A model generated the notes under the pieces. It saw only the letters and a program-made list of their open reading frames with translations, did no database searches and was not told the origin of the DNA. A stretch of 64,000 nt of DNA from an uncultured Erysipelotrichaceae bacterium (GTDB lineage: Bacteria > Bacillota_I > Bacilli_A > RFN20 > CAG-826), in NCBI GenBank assembly GCA_902797855.1, contig CADBUI010000010.1, forward strand, positions 39,370 to 103,369. Reading direction: 5' to 3'. Of the stretch, positions 45,372 to 54,804 are shown in pieces. Positions within the stretch are counted from its first letter, which is position 1. The number at the start of each line of letters is the position of its first letter. The position numbers were made by a program, and so were the translations under genes.

Positions 45372-47237
45372 ATGAAAAAAGACGTTAACAAAGTTAAATC
45401 TATCAAAGTTAGTGAGATTAAAAACCCACAATTTTTAGCTACTTTAAACTATAAAGAACTCGATGAACTCGCTCATCAAATACGTAATGAAATCTTGCGC
45501 GTTACATCTAAGTATGGTGGACACTTATCAAGTAACCTTGGAGTAGTGGAAGCAACTATCGCTCTTCATAGAGTGTTCGACTTCTCTAAAGATAAAATTA
45601 TCTTTGATGTTGGCCATCAATGCTATACACATAAAATTTTAACTGGTCGTAGTCTTGAAGGACTCCGCACTAAAGATGGAATAAGTGGATTCCAGAAGAT
45701 GGATGAATCACCATATGATCACTTTGAATGCGGTCACTCATCCACCTCAATAAGTGCTGCTAATGGCTTTGCCATCGCTAGAGATTTAGCCCACGATAAT
45801 TATGAGGTCGTCGCCTTTATTGGAGATGGCTCTATCGCTAGTGGACTTGCTTTTGAAGCCTTAAACAACATCGCTCACTCTAATCACAAAGTGATTGTCG
45901 TACTTAATGATAATGAAATGTCTATTTCTCGTCCTGTTGGAGGCTTAGGTAGAGCCTTCGCTAATATCTCTGTAAATAAGGGATATAACAAGATGAAAAA
46001 GAGATATGTTTCATCTGTTTCAAAATCAAAATTTGGACGCTTTATTTATAGAATAACTAGATATCTTAAAAACAAGATTAAGACGATTTTAGTCCCTCCA
46101 ACTATCTTTGATACTTTAGGACTTGCCTTTATTGGCCCAATTGATGGGCATAATATCAAAGATATGGAGAAAGCTTTTAAGAAAGCTAAAAACATAAACC
46201 GCAGTGTCGTTATAGATATCTGCACAATTAAAGGAAAAGGTTATAGCTTCGCTGAAAGCGATAGAACTGGCTATTGGCATGGTGTCTCTCCATTTGACAT
46301 CAAAACTGGTAAACCTCTTGATGCTCATGAAGGATATATATCCTGGTCGCATCTTATGAGTGATATCACTCTTGAAGAGATGGATAAAAACGACAAGATT
46401 GTTTTAGTTTCTCCAGCCACCTTAAAGGGTAGTGGACTAGAAGATATATTTGAAAAATATCCTGATCGTTGTTTTGATGTTGGTATTAGTGAAGAACACG
46501 CAGCGACTATGTCGAGCGCGCTCTCTCTTGGTGGATATCATCCAGTCATCTCAATTTATTCAACATTCATGCAACGCGCTTATGACGAAATCTCACATGA
46601 CGTTGCTAGACTATACGCAAATGCAACCTTCCTAGTTGATCGTAGTGGTCTAGTCGGTGCAGATGGCGATACTCATCAAGGCATCTACGATGAAGCCATC
46701 TTTAGTGCGACTCCTAATTGCGTTATTACAATGCCAAATAACAAAAGCGTTGCAAAAGCCTTATTCAAAGAATCACTTAATAATCATGGACCATTCTTCA
46801 TCCGTTATCCTCGTGACTATATCGCTAAAGATGAAGTGGAAGAAGACATTAGTCTTGGATTTGGTAAATGGCTAATAGAAAAAGAAGGCAAAGGAAAAGT
46901 GGCCTTAATTGGTGTTGGACCTCTTCTTAACAAAGTTAAAGAATTAGTGAATCAAGAAAAATTAGATGTTTCAATCTATAACGCCGTCTATCTATGTCCA
47001 ATCGATAAAGAATGCTTAGATAAGATGATGAAATTTAACAAAATCGTCATCTATAATCCATATTCCACCAAAGGTGGCATGGTAAATAATGTCATCTCTT
47101 ATCTAGTAAGTACGGGATATAAAGGAGAAATTATTTCTCTAGCGATTCCAAACAAATTTGTGAAGCAAGCAACAATTAAACAGCAGCTAGAAGAATTTAA
47201 CCTTCTTCCTGAACAGATAATTTCTTATCTGAAGTAA
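45372..47237 (+). CDS. dxs: 1-deoxy-D-xylulose-5-phosphate synthase
   Basis: 621 aa with GGHLSSNLG, GDGS..(S)GLAFEALN and EEHA motifs. Confidence 0.94.
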   Translation: MKKDVNKVKSIKVSEIKNPQFLATLNYKELDELAHQIRNEILRVTSKYGGHLSSNLGVVEATIALHRVFDFSKDKIIFDVGHQCYTHKILTGRSLEGLRTKDGISGFQKMDESPYDHFECGHSSTSISAANGFAIARDLAHDNYEVVAFIGDGSIASGLAFEALNNIAHSNHKVIVVLNDNEMSISRPVGGLGRAFANISVNKGYNKMKKRYVSSVSKSKFGRFIYRITRYLKNKIKTILVPPTIFDTLGLAFIGPIDGHNIKDMEKAFKKAKNINRSVVIDICTIKGKGYSFAESDRTGYWHGVSPFDIKTGKPLDAHEGYISWSHLMSDITLEEMDKNDKIVLVSPATLKGSGLEDIFEKYPDRCFDVGISEEHAATMSSALSLGGYHPVISIYSTFMQRAYDEISHDVARLYANATFLVDRSGLVGADGDTHQGIYDEAIFSATPNCVITMPNNKSVAKALFKESLNNHGPFFIRYPRDYIAKDEVEEDISLGFGKWLIEKEGKGKVALIGVGPLLNKVKELVNQEKLDVSIYNAVYLCPIDKECLDKMMKFNKIVIYNPYSTKGGMVNNVISYLVSTGYKGEIISLAIPNKFVKQATIKQQLEEFNLLPEQIISYLK

Positions 47238-47240
47238 AAT

Positions 47241-47260
47241 GAGTGCAAAGCACTCTTTTT
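47241..47260 (+). terminator. dxs terminator
   Basis: GAGTGC-AAA-GCACTC followed by TTTTT. Confidence 0.75.
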
Positions 47261-47321
47261 ATTTATCTATTTGGTTAACATAATAATTGAAATAGATTTC
47301 TCCTTTCTATAACATAGAAGC

Positions 47322-48533
47322 GTGAGCAAAATAATTTTACATATTGATCTCAATGCTTTCTTCGTTAGATGTGAAGAAATCCGTAATCCCTCTTTAGAAG
47401 GTAAACCAGTTATCATTGGTCACTCCGGTCGTAGAGGAGTTGTTTCAACTTGTTCATATAAGGCTAGAGAATATGGTGTTAGAAGTGGGATGCCTACTTT
47501 TATGGCACTTGAAAAATGTCCAGACGCCATCATCATCCATGGAGACTATTCATATTATGAAGAGATGTCGAATAAGTTCTTCAAATATCTAGAACGCTAC
47601 TCAAAAATTATTGAACCTGCAAGCATTGATGAAGGATATATTGATTTAACTACTTATTTAAAAAATAAGAGTAATGCATATAAAGAGATAAAAGCTATTC
47701 AAGATGGATTATATAAAGAAACGTCTTTAATGTGCTCTATCGGAGTGGCTCCAACTAAGTTTTTAGCCAAAATGGCTAGTGACATGAAAAAGCCAATGGG
47801 AATCACCATCTTAAGACGAAAAGATATCAAGGAAAAACTATATCCTCTTCCTATTGAAGACTTCTATGGGATTGGTAAAAAGACCACTCCAGAACTTAGA
47901 AAGATGGGTATTAACACCATCGGCGACCTCGCTGATAAAATCAATAACACTGAAGAATTAAATCACTTCTTTGGAAAATTCTACTATGTAGTAAAAGACT
48001 GGGTGAACGGTTTTGGTAGTGACATAGTCGACACAACTCCATTTGATCCAAAGTCCATCGGCAATAGTAGAACGCTTATGAAGGACACAAATGATATTGA
48101 AGAAATAAAAGTCACACTTAAAGAACTCTGTAAAGAGGTCAGTGAACGCGCTATAGCTCAAGATAAGATTGGTACGACAGTGCAAATTGTCTTAAAAGAC
48201 AACCAAATGATTAATGGCAGTTTTAAAACCATCAATCGTTCCGTTAGCTTTGAACGTCCAATAAATGATTTTAATAATATTTATTTTTATGCGTGCTCTC
48301 TTTTAGAAAAACACTTAGGGGAACACACCATAAGACTTATTGGAGTAACTCTACAAAACCTCATCGATAAAGGTGAAGAAAAAGTGCAATTATCAATATT
48401 TGATAACTACGATGAAATCAAAGAGGAATATGCAACTAAATTATTAATTGCAGACTTAAATCGCAAGATGAAAAAAGATGTCTTTAAGACTGCTAGAGAA
48501 AACCTCGTGGAGAAGAAATATGGAGTTAAGTAA
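47322..48533 (+). CDS. dinB: DNA polymerase IV
   Basis: 403 aa with a GTG start, ILHIDLNAFF and the SIDEGYIDLT Y-family motifs. Confidence 0.92.
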   Translation: MSKIILHIDLNAFFVRCEEIRNPSLEGKPVIIGHSGRRGVVSTCSYKAREYGVRSGMPTFMALEKCPDAIIIHGDYSYYEEMSNKFFKYLERYSKIIEPASIDEGYIDLTTYLKNKSNAYKEIKAIQDGLYKETSLMCSIGVAPTKFLAKMASDMKKPMGITILRRKDIKEKLYPLPIEDFYGIGKKTTPELRKMGINTIGDLADKINNTEELNHFFGKFYYVVKDWVNGFGSDIVDTTPFDPKSIGNSRTLMKDTNDIEEIKVTLKELCKEVSERAIAQDKIGTTVQIVLKDNQMINGSFKTINRSVSFERPINDFNNIYFYACSLLEKHLGEHTIRLIGVTLQNLIDKGEEKVQLSIFDNYDEIKEEYATKLLIADLNRKMKKDVFKTARENLVEKKYGVK

Positions 48534-49398
48534 AGCTGAAGAACTCTTCTTTCGTTATCTAAGAGTAGAAAAAGGTGTCTCTAACGAGACAATTAAGTCA
48601 TATCATTACGACTTAGTGCAATTTTTCACTCTCATGAAGAAAGAAACCACAGATGATTTACTTCCAACTGATATTGTTGATTTTGTCCGTATCCAATCTA
48701 GGAAGATGCGTTCAGTATCCACAATTATTAGAAGAATATCTACCACTAAAAATTTCTATCTTTTCTTAGAAAGCGAAGGATATATTTCAGAAAGTTTATC
48801 TCCAGTAGAGACTCCTAGATCAACTAAGAAACTCCCAAGAGTGCTTTCAATTGAAGAGGTAGAAAGACTTTTGGACGCTCCAGATACATCTAAACCAGAA
48901 GGGCTTAGAGATAAAGCGATGATGGAACTTATGTATTCAAGTGGACTTCGTGTCAGTGAGCTTCTTTCTTTGAAAGTTTCTCAAATAAACTACGAAAAAG
49001 GGATTATTAGAATTATCGGTAAAGGAAACAAAGAAAGAATTGTCCCAGTCGGAGAGTTCGCGATGGAGTATGTCGCTAAATACGTAACAACTGCTAGAAA
49101 GAAAAACAAAGGTAGAAACTCACAAACTCTATTTTTAAATAGATATGGTGAACCTCTTTCAAGAGTCTACTTCTTTCTCCAAATTAAAAAATACGCTCTT
49201 GAAGCAGGGATTGATAAAGAGATTAGCCCTCACACAATTAGACACTGCTTCGCGACCCATATGCTTGAAAACGGAGCAGAACTACGTGCTATCCAAGAAA
49301 TGCTTGGACACTCCAGTATCGCGACCACACAGATATACACAAATATATCTAGTAGGCGCATTCTTAGCGCATATGATTTGTATAGCAAACGAAAATAG
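48520..49398 (+). CDS. xerD: site-specific tyrosine recombinase XerD-like
   Basis: Start at ATG 48520 (MELSKAEELFFRYL). Catalytic R...HTIRHCFATH...GHSSIATTQIYT. 14-nt overlap with dinB. Confidence 0.85.
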   Translation: MELSKAEELFFRYLRVEKGVSNETIKSYHYDLVQFFTLMKKETTDDLLPTDIVDFVRIQSRKMRSVSTIIRRISTTKNFYLFLESEGYISESLSPVETPRSTKKLPRVLSIEEVERLLDAPDTSKPEGLRDKAMMELMYSSGLRVSELLSLKVSQINYEKGIIRIIGKGNKERIVPVGEFAMEYVAKYVTTARKKNKGRNSQTLFLNRYGEPLSRVYFFLQIKKYALEAGIDKEISPHTIRHCFATHMLENGAELRAIQEMLGHSSIATTQIYTNISSRRILSAYDLYSKRK

Positions 49399-49431
49399 AA
49401 TAAAATGATTTCGCTTTGAAAGGATAAAATT

Positions 49432-50628
49432 ATGAAATTTAAAAGAGTATTCGTAATCGTTATTGATAGTGTTGGTATCGGTGAAGAACCTGATGCTGAC
49501 AAGTTTGGTGATGTTGGCACAAATACACTTGTGCACACTTCAGAAAAATGCGGTGGACTAAAAGTCCCAGTCATGAATTCCTTGGGTTTATATGATTTAG
49601 ATAATCACATCTTAGGAACTTCAAAAGTAAATCACCCAAATGCATATTGTCTTAGACTAAGAGAAATGAGTGCTGGTAAAGACACCATGACTGGTCACTG
49701 GGAAATGATGGGTATTTATACCACTAAACCATTCCAGACATTTACAGACACTGGTTTCCCAGAAGCTTTAATCAAAGAACTCGAAGAAAAGACAGGTCAC
49801 AAAGTGATTGGTAATTACGCTGCTAGTGGAACTGAGATCTTAAAAGAGCTTGGTGAACAGCAAAAACGCGATAATTCTCTTATCGTATATACATCCGCTG
49901 ATAGCGTGCTTCAAATTGCTGCACACGAAGAAACAACTGGTGTTCAAGAACTTTATCGTTGTTGTGAAATCGCTCGTGAAATCTGTTTACGTCCAGAATA
50001 TCTACTAGGTAGAGTTATTGCTCGTCCATTTATTGGTGAAGACAAAAATTCTTTCAAACGTACTCCTAATAGACACGACCTTGCTATGTCTCCAACAGGC
50101 ATTACTGCTATGAACATCCTTAAGGATAATGGCTACATGGTGAGCTGTGTTGGTAAAATCGGCGATATCTTCAATATGGTTGGAGTGAGCAAAACTCAAA
50201 AGACAGTCTCAAATATTGATGGTATGAATAAAACAATCGAAGAAGCTAAGAGTCATGACTTCACTGGCTTATGCTATGTCAACTTAGTTGAATTCGATAG
50301 TGAATATGGTCATAGAAGAAATCCACTTGGTTATGGGAAATGCTTAGAAGAGTTCGATGAGAAACTCGGTGAACTCCTCAAAGTAGTGAAAGATGATGAT
50401 TTAGTCATGGTTACCGCTGACCACGGAAATGATCCAACCTGGACAGGAACTGACCACACAAGAGAAAAAGTCCCTCTACTTTGCTATAGCAAATCATTCA
50501 AACATGGTCGCTATTTAGATGAACAAGATACATTCGCTGTTATCGGTGATACTATCTTAACTAACTTTGGACTTAAGAAAGACCCAACCATGATTGGTCA
50601 CACTTTAGAGGAACTTTTAAATGATTAA
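49432..50628 (+). CDS. deoB: phosphopentomutase
   Basis: 398 aa with VIVIDSVGIGEEPDA and TADHGNDP. Confidence 0.95.
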   Translation: MKFKRVFVIVIDSVGIGEEPDADKFGDVGTNTLVHTSEKCGGLKVPVMNSLGLYDLDNHILGTSKVNHPNAYCLRLREMSAGKDTMTGHWEMMGIYTTKPFQTFTDTGFPEALIKELEEKTGHKVIGNYAASGTEILKELGEQQKRDNSLIVYTSADSVLQIAAHEETTGVQELYRCCEIAREICLRPEYLLGRVIARPFIGEDKNSFKRTPNRHDLAMSPTGITAMNILKDNGYMVSCVGKIGDIFNMVGVSKTQKTVSNIDGMNKTIEEAKSHDFTGLCYVNLVEFDSEYGHRRNPLGYGKCLEEFDEKLGELLKVVKDDDLVMVTADHGNDPTWTGTDHTREKVPLLCYSKSFKHGRYLDEQDTFAVIGDTILTNFGLKKDPTMIGHTLEELLND

Positions 50629-51574
50629 AAAAGTTGCTACTTTACTTCTTAGCGCTTTATTCCTCGCTAGCTGCTCAAAAGAGGTCTTCACTGGAGAAAT
50701 TAAATGGGTGTCACCTTTAGGTGCTCCTTCAATTGCTTTCTACGATCAATATGATAACTCTAACTGGGTATCCCAGGCTGCAAGTTTAATGCCAGCGGAA
50801 CTGCAAGGTAATATGTATGATGCAGTTGTTTATGATAGCATCACTGGACTTGAGAGTATCAAGATGAATGACTCAGACTTTGCTTTAGCAAGAGTCATTA
50901 CCGGGGGAAACTTTTATCTTGTTGGAATTAATCACACTGAGATGCCAACAAGCACCTCTAAGATAGTTGCTTTCCAAAAAGACAAAGTCCCAGACAAGGT
51001 CTTTAAAAAAGTCGCAAGTGATCGTTGGGGATTAGATACTTCTAACGTTAAGTACGTTAAAGACGCAAGTGAAACTGCTCCAATCTTAAAAACTGGTAAA
51101 TATCAAAGCGAAGATATCGACTATGTTTTAACAGCCGAACCAGTCTTTAGTGCAAATAAAAGCGCAGCTCAAGAAGCTGGTATTACACTCACAGAACTAA
51201 AAGTTCTTAGAGATGAGTGGAGAGAATTAACAGGACAAAACATTATTGTTCAAGCTGGTATTTTTGTTCGTAAATCAATCATAGATTACAAGAAAGATAA
51301 ACTTAACGAATGGTTTACTCGTTTAGATACTAGACTTGAAAACCTCATTAGTAACAACCCAATTGTAGGGGATGAAATGAATGAATATGGAGACGCTAAA
51401 CGTCAACAAGGTAGATATGGCGTTGCCTATCCAATCGTTAATGTCGTCCAAAAAGAAGGGGCAAACCGTTTAGGTTTTGTCACTAAAGCAAATAATGAGG
51501 AACTTAGCGTTAACGCTTTCCTAACTGCTTTAGGACTATCTACCTACGAAGATTCCTACTTTGCAAAATTCTAA
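50621..51574 (+). CDS. lipoprotein, probable ABC substrate-binding protein
   Basis: Lipobox LAS|C. It overlaps the deoB stop and is immediately followed by an ABC permease gene. Confidence 0.65.
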   Translation: MIKKVATLLLSALFLASCSKEVFTGEIKWVSPLGAPSIAFYDQYDNSNWVSQAASLMPAELQGNMYDAVVYDSITGLESIKMNDSDFALARVITGGNFYLVGINHTEMPTSTSKIVAFQKDKVPDKVFKKVASDRWGLDTSNVKYVKDASETAPILKTGKYQSEDIDYVLTAEPVFSANKSAAQEAGITLTELKVLRDEWRELTGQNIIVQAGIFVRKSIIDYKKDKLNEWFTRLDTRLENLISNNPIVGDEMNEYGDAKRQQGRYGVAYPIVNVVQKEGANRLGFVTKANNEELSVNAFLTALGLSTYEDSYFAKF

Positions 51575-51578
51575 ATAA

Positions 51579-52343
51579 ATGAAAACCTTCTGGCGAAAAT
51601 ATCGAATCATCTTTTATACGATATTAGGTATCGCTGGGGTTTTTCTTTTATGGCTAATTATCGCAAGTTGTTTAAAGACAACTTTATTCCCTGGACCAGT
51701 TGAGACATTCGCTCATTTATTTACTCTTTTAGGGAAAAGCACAACTTATGAAGCAATCGGAAAGACGATTTTAAGCCTATTAATTTCAGTGGCTATATCA
51801 TTCCTCGTTGGAGTGCTTTTCGGCGTTTTTGGGGGTGTTTTTGAGCCGTTTAGAGCATTTTTTAAACCGTTCATCACCGTCACAAAAACAATTCCAACAG
51901 CAGCGGTGGTATTTATCCTCGTCGTTTTGCTTAAACCGATGTATGCGGCGATTATCGTTAGCTCACTTATCACCTTCCCAATTATCTATGAAGCGGTGGT
52001 CACTGGCTTTACAAGTTTAGACACTGAAATAGTGGAAGCAATGAAGGTTGATAACACTCCTTTGATCTTACAAATTTTTAGAGTTTATCTGCCTCTTTCT
52101 TATCGACACATCCTTTTAGGATGCGCGCAGATATTTGGACTAGGAATGAAAGTTACAATTATGGCGGAAGTATTAACTGCGACAGGTACAGAAATTAATA
52201 TAGGAGCGATGATATATTATCATTATCAATTTGCTGAAATGCTTCCAATATTTGCCTACTCTTTAATAGCGATTTTCCTAATCGGAATCACCGACATTGG
52301 ATTATATTTTGCTAAAAAGAAACTGAAAGAAAATATCAAGTAA
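51579..52343 (+). CDS. ABC transporter permease (BPD_transp_1 / TauC-like)
   Basis: 254 aa with 6 TM helices and an EAA-like loop EAMKVDNTP...FRVYLP. Confidence 0.8.
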   Translation: MKTFWRKYRIIFYTILGIAGVFLLWLIIASCLKTTLFPGPVETFAHLFTLLGKSTTYEAIGKTILSLLISVAISFLVGVLFGVFGGVFEPFRAFFKPFITVTKTIPTAAVVFILVVLLKPMYAAIIVSSLITFPIIYEAVVTGFTSLDTEIVEAMKVDNTPLILQIFRVYLPLSYRHILLGCAQIFGLGMKVTIMAEVLTATGTEINIGAMIYYHYQFAEMLPIFAYSLIAIFLIGITDIGLYFAKKKLKENIK

Positions 52344-52364
52344 GAAAAGACAAAGAATCAAAAT

Positions 52365-52390
52365 AGACGCTCATAGGGGCGTCTTTAATT
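52365..52390. terminator. bidirectional terminator
   Basis: AGACGCTC-ATAG-GGGCGTCT followed by TTTAATTTTC; on the minus strand it is followed by ATTTTGATT. Confidence 0.65.
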
Positions 52391-52494
52391 TTCTTTTCGT
52401 CGTTTTTCTTTTTGGTGGTGGATTTTTAAAGAAGAAACAAGAAATTATTAGATTTAGAAATCATTTATCATTTCAGTTGCCCACATATAACGCA

Positions 52495-53082
52495 TTAATC
52501 ATCATCCGGATTAATTGGTCGAGTGAGTTTATAACCCGCTAAATCGAATAGTAGGGCAGATACCAAAAATAATAATGCGCATGCGAGATTATAGTAATTG
52601 AGGGTTAGTCCAGCACCTAATAGCAAAACGAATCCAGAAAGGATCGTCATTGGGGCAGGAATCTTTTCAATAAGTTCAAATTGATATCTAGCTTCATTTC
52701 CATGCATCCAAAACATAATCCACACTATAAAATAGAGGGACACCCCAATAGTTGCGAGTATCATATACACGAAAAATAAACCTAACATGTGGAAGTCCTG
52801 AGAGAATATTACTGCAAGCACGACATACGTAATACTAGAAAGAAAACTAAGGATAAAGAAAGTTAGATTTCGTCCCTTAAACATCTTTGATCCAAGTAAA
52901 GCTTTCCCTCTAAAGAGAAAATATAGTAGTCGTGGAAGAGTGACCACAAACGAGAAAACTGCAACTAAGATTCCGGTTGTTAAACCAGCAATATTAATAT
53001 CCATAAGACATAAATAGACTAACCCATAATGACACTCACCGATAGAAAAATTTATAGTGGTGAAGAGAAAGTAATATTTCAA
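52495..53082 (-). CDS. membrane protein, unknown function (start uncertain)
   Basis: Hydrophobic ORF with about 5 TM helices. The TTG start at 53082 lacks an SD. An internal ATG at 53004 (MDINIAG) is the alternative. Confidence 0.5.
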   Translation of the reverse strand: MKYYFLFTTINFSIGECHYGLVYLCLMDINIAGLTTGILVAVFSFVVTLPRLLYFLFRGKALLGSKMFKGRNLTFFILSFLSSITYVVLAVIFSQDFHMLGLFFVYMILATIGVSLYFIVWIMFWMHGNEARYQFELIEKIPAPMTILSGFVLLLGAGLTLNYYNLACALLFLVSALLFDLAGYKLTRPINPDDD

Positions 53083-53317
53083 ATTAGTAGTTTTTTAGTA
53101 GTTTTGAGTTAACTAATCCACTGTGGAAAAGTCGCTTTTTGACCAATTTTTCAATTTCTTGATTATTATTGAGATTTCTATTTTCTTACGATTGTATCGT
53201 GTTTTTATTGTATTTGGTTAACATAATATACATTATACGAAGTTAATATATTCTAAGATTTTATATAGAAAAAGAGGAAACTGCAAATCTCTACTCTATA
53301 AGTCTATAAAAATAAAA

Positions 53318-53351
53318 AGAACGCCCGCGTATATATACGTGAGCGTGTTCT
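53318..53351. terminator. GC-rich hairpin terminator after rsfS
   Basis: AGAACGCCCGCGTA-TATA-TACGTGAGCGTGTTCT, an imperfect hairpin with T-runs on both sides. Confidence 0.65.
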
Positions 53352-53366
53352 TTATTATTATATATT

Positions 53367-53693
53367 TTATTTACGAGACAAAACTTCTTCTAAGGAGATT
53401 CTTTCTCTTTCCTCTTTTGAGAAAATATTAACGATCACTTGATGAGCGTCAATTAAGATCCAACCTGATTCTGGTCTACCTTCAATATGACCAACATGAA
53501 TTTTATTGTTCTCAAGTTCTTCCTCGACGAGTTCTTTTAAGGCATTGAGTTGTCTAATGTTTCCAGCTGTAGCAAGAACATAATAATCAGCAAACGGAGT
53601 TCTATCTCTAACATCAATAGTTACAACGTCACTTGCCTTATGGTTATTTAAACAGTCTTCAACAATTTTTACGACTTTATCTTTTCTTGGCAT
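53367..53693 (-). CDS. rsfS: ribosomal silencing factor RsfS
   Basis: Start at MPRKDK (53693). DYYVLATAGN..Q and WILIDAHQVIVNIF motifs. The track start at 53768 would overlap yqeK by 92 nt. Confidence 0.9.
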   Translation of the reverse strand: MPRKDKVVKIVEDCLNNHKASDVVTIDVRDRTPFADYYVLATAGNIRQLNALKELVEEELENNKIHVGHIEGRPESGWILIDAHQVIVNIFSKEERERISLEEVLSRK

Positions 53694-54804
53694 TCTTTTT
53701 CTCCTTAGGTAAATACATATTAAAACATTCATCAGTAAGTTTATTGGTGATGTCTTTATTATGAGCAAGTAAATATTTCTTGTTGTCCACTAAAGTGTCA
53801 ACAAAACCTTGATGATAATTCTTGATGCATGAATTAATGAGCCATCTAGAATCAAATCCTCTAGTAGGTTCAATTTTATCCGCTGCATAAATGATTTGTC
53901 CTAGCGTAGACATATTCTTAGCGCCTGTACAATGATATTTAATAGCGTTTAATATATCTTCATCACTAATCTTAAATAATTCTTTAGCAAGATAAACACC
54001 AATAAATTGGTGATAACTAAATGATGGTAAGTCTAAATGCTCTGGATAATTCTTTTTCATAAATGAAATTTGATCATCTCGAGTGTATTTAGTGGTCTTT
54101 CCTAAATCATGAAGAAGCCCTGCTATATAAGCTTTTTCTGGATTATCAATTTTATTCTTAATAGCGATTAAATAAGCAAGATTAGCGACTTGAATAGAGT
54201 GATTTAGCCTATTCTCATCAAGATACTCTTCGAGTATAGAGAAGAAATATAGACGATTATCTTCGATATATTTTAAGACTGCTGGAGGAACATCAACGTT
54301 CTTTAAAGTTCTAAAATCAGTTGATGAAATATCCCCACTTTTAGAAAATCTTAATGATTTCATGTGGTATGTAGAGATAATCTTTTTATCAAGTTCATAA
54401 TTTGGTCGTTCAACATAGACAATGGTCGCCAAAGAAGAAAGCTCTTCTGCGCTTTTCCATTCACTAAAGCGATTAACTTGGTCCGCTCCAATAATCAAAA
54501 AGAGATTATCTTCTGGATATTTCTTCTTGAAATATTTCACTGTATCAATTGTATAATTGATATCAGCTTTGCTATTTAGTTCAAATTCATCAATTCTTGA
54601 TCCGCTTGGACAAGAGGTTTTAATAGCAAGCTTAAGCATATTTAGTCTATGCTTTGCGCTTGAAATTGGATTTTTCCATCTTGGTGAACGAGCCGGAACG
54701 AAAATTATGTCAGCGTTAAGTCTAAGAGAGGCTGCCATAGCAATTCTCATATGACCGTTATGAACTGGGTCAAAGGTTCCACCAAAGATGACGTAATTAG
54801 CCAT
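53677..54804 (-). CDS. nadD: fused nicotinate-nucleotide adenylyltransferase NadD / HD-domain hydrolase YqeK
   Basis: N-terminus FGGTFDPVHNGH (NadD). The C-terminal half has H...HDLGK and YHCTG motifs (YqeK). Single 375-aa frame. Confidence 0.88.
   Translation of the reverse strand: MANYVIFGGTFDPVHNGHMRIAMAASLRLNADIIFVPARSPRWKNPISSAKHRLNMLKLAIKTSCPSGSRIDEFELNSKADINYTIDTVKYFKKKYPEDNLFLIIGADQVNRFSEWKSAEELSSLATIVYVERPNYELDKKIISTYHMKSLRFSKSGDISSTDFRTLKNVDVPPAVLKYIEDNRLYFFSILEEYLDENRLNHSIQVANLAYLIAIKNKIDNPEKAYIAGLLHDLGKTTKYTRDDQISFMKKNYPEHLDLPSFSYHQFIGVYLAKELFKISDEDILNAIKYHCTGAKNMSTLGQIIYAADKIEPTRGFDSRWLINSCIKNYHQGFVDTLVDNKKYLLAHNKDITNKLTDECFNMYLPKEKKNAKKR

Noticed and set aside
47238-47321. SOS (LexA / Cheo box GAAC-N4-GTTC) operator upstream of dinB.
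   Set aside because: No GAAC...GTTC motif is present in the 84-bp upstream region; only a GTTAAC palindrome occurs.
48520-49398. Tyrosine recombinase as a marker of a mobile element or prophage boundary.
   Set aside because: The length, the N-terminal SAM-like domain and the dinB/deoB housekeeping context fit chromosomal XerD (ripX). No att-like repeats or phage genes flank it.
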